64,000 bases of DNA from an uncultured Pseudomonadales bacterium (lineage in GTDB: Bacteria > Patescibacteriota > Microgenomatia > UBA1400 > PJMF01), in NCBI GenBank assembly GCA_964570365.1, contig CAZMXT010000002.1, positions 57,752 to 121,751 on the forward strand. Reading direction: 5' to 3'. Under the pieces are notes generated by a model, which had not been told where the DNA came from, searched no databases, and worked only from the letters and a program-made list of their open reading frames with translations. How positions within the stretch are numbered: the first letter of the stretch is position 1; the number at the start of each line of letters is the position of its first letter. Positions 59,796-64,000 of the stretch are shown one piece after another. The translations under genes and the position numbers were made by a program.

Positions 59796-61055
59796 TTACT
59801 TCCTCACAAGCACAATCCCAAACGGCGTGGCTCGCCCTGGCCCAGCAAGATACTTGCCATTGACCATAAATGCGGTCGAACCACCGCTATCCAGGTTCAG
59901 AGCTGACTGCATGCCCAATGCTTTGAGCACTCTTGCAGTCTCCGCCACAGTCGCACCGCGAACTACACCAATGTACACACTGTTATCTTTGGACGCAATA
60001 AAGCTCCTCGATCCACGACTCCCTTTTTTGGGATCTCCATCCCCACCAAAAGTGACATTTCCTCCTGAGAGCAACATTGGCTGCCCTGCAATCACCGCAT
60101 CCACTCCAGTATCTCGACCCCACTCAGAGCTTTGGCCAACCAGCCTGGCTCCACCGCCACTAAAAATCATGGCCGGCACACTACTGTAGACGTTATTATC
60201 TGAGTTAAAGTACACTTTTTTCTTGTTCATTAAGAGCGTATCAAAAGAGTTGGTTTTACCAGCACAGCTTGGGTACTCGGCTGGACAAAAATACGGTCCG
60301 TTGATACCGGCAAAGCCACCGCTACGTGAGACAAAGTCAGAGAGTGAAGCAACCGGACACCCATCTCGACAGTCCCCCTCAGAGGCTGTTTCTACCTGAA
60401 CGCGAGTTGAGCCTAAGTCTGCACCTAAAATATCGACCATAAAGCTGCCCGCGTCGCTCTCTACAACTTGGCGTGAGTACCCGGCCGCAGGTGCAGTATT
60501 AGAGCTAGGAACGTTACTAGGAATCGGGGCGGCAGCTGTGGCTAACTGCGCTCGCAAAGTAGCAATATCTTGATTGAGCGTTCTGAGCGTCGCGCTACCA
60601 CTAGCATAGTTGCGCTTGCTCAGCTGGGTTAACACCAAACTAAACTGGGATTCCAGCTTCTGCGTCTTAGCAGCATCACCACGCAGCTCCAAAAGATCTT
60701 CGTAGGCGAGAAGTGCCTGGCTAAAAGTGGTTTCGATACTCTTAATATCGGCTTGGAGTTGAGAATTTTTGATTCGTTGGTCTTCGGTTTTGAGGGTCTC
60801 TAACTCGGCAGAAGCGCTACTCAGCTGAGCAGTCACCAGATCTAACTCGCTGGTTAATCTATCTCGGGCTGTCGTCACTCTGCCCTGATCGCCGATCAGC
60901 TGTTGGCGTTCTGCCTGCCACTGCAAAAAGTAGACTCTGGCAGCAATCGCCATACTGGCTACGCCAATCAGCAAAATACCAACTAACGGAAGCAAAGATG
61001 CTGTACGCAGCTTCACTAAAAAAGCTGAGTTAAGCTGGGGCAGGAACTTCTTCAC
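59796..61055 (-). CDS. TM + coiled-coil + phosphodiester glycosidase (NAGPA/DUF2233) protein
   Basis: AGINGPYF, GQPMLL, SRSFIA, ALNLDSGGSTAF. Confidence 0.82.
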   Translation of the reverse strand: MKKFLPQLNSAFLVKLRTASLLPLVGILLIGVASMAIAARVYFLQWQAERQQLIGDQGRVTTARDRLTSELDLVTAQLSSASAELETLKTEDQRIKNSQLQADIKSIETTFSQALLAYEDLLELRGDAAKTQKLESQFSLVLTQLSKRNYASGSATLRTLNQDIATLRAQLATAAAPIPSNVPSSNTAPAAGYSRQVVESDAGSFMVDILGADLGSTRVQVETASEGDCRDGCPVASLSDFVSRSGGFAGINGPYFCPAEYPSCAGKTNSFDTLLMNKKKVYFNSDNNVYSSVPAMIFSGGGARLVGQSSEWGRDTGVDAVIAGQPMLLSGGNVTFGGDGDPKKGSRGSRSFIASKDNSVYIGVVRGATVAETARVLKALGMQSALNLDSGGSTAFMVNGKYLAGPGRATPFGIVLVRK

Positions 61056-61077
61056 TCCCTCAGTATAGCCTGATTTT

Positions 61078-62286
61078 TTAGATGAAAGTTAAGGCAATGC
61101 CTTTTTGGTTCGCACGACCAGTTCGACCAATCCGGTGGATATAGTCTTCGTAGGACTCTGGCAAATCATAGTTAATGACGTGAGTCACGTTATGAATGTC
61201 CAAACCTCTAGAAGCGATATCAGTAGCGAGTAACACTTTGACGCGGTTGCCCTTGAATTTCTCAATGGCGCGTTGGCGTTGACTCTGACTCTTGTTCCCG
61301 TGAATGGTTTCGACGTAGATGCCACGTTGGTCTAGCGTCTCAGCCAGTTTCTCAGTCCCACGCTTGGTGCGTAAGAAGATGAGCACTTTCTCAAACTCGA
61401 CTTGAACTAAGAGGTCATGAAGCACATCGATTTTCTCTTTGCCATTCATCCGGACGACGTCCTGATCAATGTTGGTAGAGGAGTCGCGGGTCTTCACAGA
61501 CACCTTGACTGGATCAGTCAAGAACTGACGCATAATCATCTGAGCATTGTCTGGTAAAGTCGCCGAGAAGAACATAGATTGGCGAGGCTGAGGCAAGATA
61601 GAAGTAATGTACTTCACATCTTGGATAAAGCCCATATCAAGCATCTGGTCAACTTCATCGAGCACAATGTTGTTGTAGTCAGAGAAGTAGAGAGAGCGAC
61701 GAGCTTCCAAGTCACGCAGTCTGCCTGGCGTACCAATCACAAAATCTGGACGGCGGCGTAAGGCTTGCTGCTGCTGATACATGCTCATACCACCAATACA
61801 GACGGCTGAGTAAATTCTCATACCTTGACTAAGTTGGCGAAGTTCCTGATCAATTTGGACGGCGAGCTCACGAGTCGGAGCCACGATTAAAACGCGCTCA
61901 TTTTGACTAGTAAAGACTTTTTGGATCAAAGGAATTAAAAAGGCAGCCGTTTTACCGGTACCAGTGTTAGCAATTCCAATCACATCCTTGCCATTTAAGA
62001 CGTGAGGGATGATCTGATCTTGAATCGTGGTGGTCACGGTATAGCCGTGAGAAGTGATGTTTCGTTCTAACTGTTGGTCAAGATTAAAACTCTGGAACGT
62101 ATTTTGCGATACGACAGGAGCTTCTACAGGCTCAATACTGGCCTTTTTGACAAACATGGATGGATCAAATGATTTACGTCGAGGGGCACCACCGCCACCG
62201 CCAAAACCACGACGACCTCCAAAACGACCACGTTGAGGAGAAGAAAAGCGAGAAGAAGAACCTCTCTGAGAGCTTTGTTTATACAT
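61078..62286 (-). CDS. DEAD-box RNA helicase
   Basis: ANTGTGKT, PTRELA, TPGRL, DEVD, SAT, HRIGRTGR; RGG-rich N-terminus. Confidence 0.96.
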   Translation of the reverse strand: MYKQSSQRGSSSRFSSPQRGRFGGRRGFGGGGGAPRRKSFDPSMFVKKASIEPVEAPVVSQNTFQSFNLDQQLERNITSHGYTVTTTIQDQIIPHVLNGKDVIGIANTGTGKTAAFLIPLIQKVFTSQNERVLIVAPTRELAVQIDQELRQLSQGMRIYSAVCIGGMSMYQQQQALRRRPDFVIGTPGRLRDLEARRSLYFSDYNNIVLDEVDQMLDMGFIQDVKYITSILPQPRQSMFFSATLPDNAQMIMRQFLTDPVKVSVKTRDSSTNIDQDVVRMNGKEKIDVLHDLLVQVEFEKVLIFLRTKRGTEKLAETLDQRGIYVETIHGNKSQSQRQRAIEKFKGNRVKVLLATDIASRGLDIHNVTHVINYDLPESYEDYIHRIGRTGRANQKGIALTFI

Positions 62287-62425
62287 ACTTTTACTACACC
62301 TACTGTTAAGAGAAGGCGCTATCTGAAGAAAAAAAGAAACTGTCTAATTGAGAATTTTGCGAATCTACCCAAAAAAGAAGATATTAACTGAGGAATCTTA
62401 ATTTCAACAACTTGTTATGAAGGGA

Positions 62426-62453
62426 ATTATACACCATTTTTGCCAAAAAGCAA
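62426..62453 (-). promoter_or_regulatory. Promoter of the DEAD-box helicase with long 5' UTR
   Basis: Minus strand TTGCTT-N16-TATAAT about 140 nt upstream of ATG 62286. Confidence 0.5.
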
Positions 62454-62501
62454 TTATTATGGGATTGATAATGTTTGGTGTAGTAGGTATAGGATCTGGA
62501 G

Positions 62502-62882
62502 CTAAAATTCACCATCCATCATCAGCAGCTGAGCAGGATTTTCGCTCTGGGCTGCTTTACTCAAGCCAGGAGTGCTCATAAAGTTGATCAATACAACCAA
62601 ACTTAGAATAATTACTACAATCGTAATTCCAATCATCACTAGCCCCGAGACTTTGGACGAGGAATCAGGCTTTCGCAAGTACTTCAGCCCCCAAAAAAGC
62701 CCTGCGGGAGGCAGCAAGGCGCTGGCTACGTATAACAAGGCTTGGGTTCCTACCGCGCTCTGGCTTGTTGTAGAGGCATGTAACTTGGTCCCACAGTTGT
62801 AGCAGTAAAAGTCGGTAATTCTGACGTCAACATGACAGTTGGGGCAGGTAAGCGAGCTTGGTAAAACTGGCGCAGTTTCCAT
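62502..62882 (-). CDS. Zinc-ribbon membrane protein
   Basis: CPNC..FYCYNCG followed by two TM helices. Confidence 0.8.
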   Translation of the reverse strand: METAPVLPSSLTCPNCHVDVRITDFYCYNCGTKLHASTTSQSAVGTQALLYVASALLPPAGLFWGLKYLRKPDSSSKVSGLVMIGITIVVIILSLVVLINFMSTPGLSKAAQSENPAQLLMMDGEF

Positions 62883-62891
62883 CCATCCATT

Positions 62892-63707
62892 CTATAGCTC
62901 AAACTCGTTAAAGTCAGGCTGCACTAAGCGAGAGTGGAGATCCAGCGCTTCTATCAGTGCAATGTCTGCGGGCTGCATTGTCCAGTCTGCTGATCCAAAG
63001 CCATCTTTGATTCGCTCAGGCTTAGTGGAACGAGGGATCACGACAATGTTTTTGCTGATCAGCCAGTTGAGGATAATTTGCGCAGGTGAACGGTCATATT
63101 TTGCTGAGAGCTGCTGAATAATTTCTATAGATAGATCTTTGCCTTGAGCGATCGGCGAGTAGGCTGTAATCAAGATCTTGTGCTGATCACAAAAGGTTTT
63201 TAGCTCCTTTTGGTTCAGACTGGGGTGAAACTCAACTTGGTTGGTAGAAATCTTGACGCCAGTTTGGAGTGCTTGCTCTAGATGTTTGATGGTGAAGTTT
63301 GAGACACCAATTGAGCGAACTGTTCCAGCCTCTTTAAGCTCTTGGAGTGCTTCCAAGGTTTCTTCAACTGGGATCTCTTTATTTGGCCAGTGCATGAGCA
63401 TCAGGTCAAAGTACTCTGTCTGCAGCTCTTCCTGAAAACGCGCCACTGAAGCGAGCACATTGTCATGATGGAACTCAGTTCTCCATACTTTAGTGGTCAA
63501 AAAAAGCTCAGAGCGAGGAATACCGCTGCTTTGAATGGCTTTGCCAACTTCTTGGTGGTTCTGATACACATCTGCTGTATCTAGATGGCGGTAGCCGAGC
63601 TCTAAAGCAGTTTCCACGGATTGGCGCGCCTCTTCAGCTTTCAGTTGCCAGGTGCCAAAACCGATAACGGGGATTTCTACTCGTGGTTCTAGGGTGAATT
63701 TTTTCTT
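62892..63707 (-). CDS. Aldo/keto reductase; expected start codon reads AAG
   Basis: IGFGTWQ, GYRHLDTADVY, FLTTKVW, LMHWP, IGVSNF, AYSPI. Confidence 0.9.
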   Translation of the reverse strand, partial: KKKFTLEPRVEIPVIGFGTWQLKAEEARQSVETALELGYRHLDTADVYQNHQEVGKAIQSSGIPRSELFLTTKVWRTEFHHDNVLASVARFQEELQTEYFDLMLMHWPNKEIPVEETLEALQELKEAGTVRSIGVSNFTIKHLEQALQTGVKISTNQVEFHPSLNQKELKTFCDQHKILITAYSPIAQGKDLSIEIIQQLSAKYDRSPAQIILNWLISKNIVVIPRSTKPERIKDGFGSADWTMQPADIALIEALDLHSRLVQPDFNEFEL

Positions 63708-64000
63708 AGTAACTCCTTTTTTAAGTCTACTCCTTCTACAGCTATCTGCCGACGACGAATCACCAGCATACTTACAAACAGAATATTGATGATGACCAGG
63801 TAGACAGGCATCAGAGCGGTAACTATTGAAACGTTTGTGAGCGCAAAGAGGGTAATCACATACTTCACGCCACTCAAAACATAGGTGCTCAACAGCATGG
63901 CTATGCAAGCTCCCCCAAAACTAATCCAGTCCAAGAAAACGATATTTACCTTTCCCCTGCTTTTTAGCAAAGACAAAATAAGTATCACCAAACAAATACC
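63689..64000 (-). CDS. Membrane protein, probably partial (runs off the window end)
   Basis: Several TM segments ending MLVIRRRQI. Confidence 0.6.
   Translation of the reverse strand, partial: GICLVILILSLLKSRGKVNIVFLDWISFGGACIAMLLSTYVLSGVKYVITLFALTNVSIVTALMPVYLVIINILFVSMLVIRRRQIAVEGVDLKKELLRKNSP

Noticed and set aside
63708-63908. 66-aa N-terminal extension of the aldo/keto reductase in the ORF track
   Set aside because: Overlaps the upstream membrane gene in another frame; SD and family homology begin near 63707.
1-64000. Alternative genetic code (TGA read-through as in Gracilibacteria/SR1)
   Set aside because: Conserved genes are full length under code 11, and TGA serves as the stop in rplO, rplN, rpmC, rplC and rpoB.

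Overview
Fragment of a reduced bacterial chromosome using genetic code 11. It is most consistent with Patescibacteria/CPR (Microgenomates-like), judged by the missing rpmD in the spc operon, the short AlaRS and typical CPR hypothetical proteins. Bases 1-31 kb (minus strand) hold rpoBC followed by the str, S10, spc and alpha ribosomal clusters, running directly into rplM-rpsI, with two orphan inserts. Bases 31-48 kb hold envelope and housekeeping genes: mltG, YqgF, sortase, a baseplate-J-like membrane protein, alaS, a Zur-ZnuACB-type operon, fasciclin-dipZ and sppA. Bases 48-58 kb form a signalling-rich island with 2 histidine kinases, 4 response regulators and stress proteins. Bases 58-64 kb hold miscellaneous and partly broken genes. 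Top observations: (1) a 38-nt hairpin element conserved at the nucleotide level, in frame in the tails of three ribosomal protein genes (L17, S5, S17); (2) a translationally coupled LuxI/FeeM-like acyltransferase, 7TM-GAF histidine kinase and receiver operon, a candidate CPR signal synthase/sensor circuit; (3) a shared 11-bp-period (C)GTAAGA box in three intergenic regions of the island; (4) many apparently leaderless genes; (5) single-base frameshifts confined to accessory genes. No rRNA, tRNA, CRISPR array or transposase was recognised. All calls were made by eye; no database searches were run.
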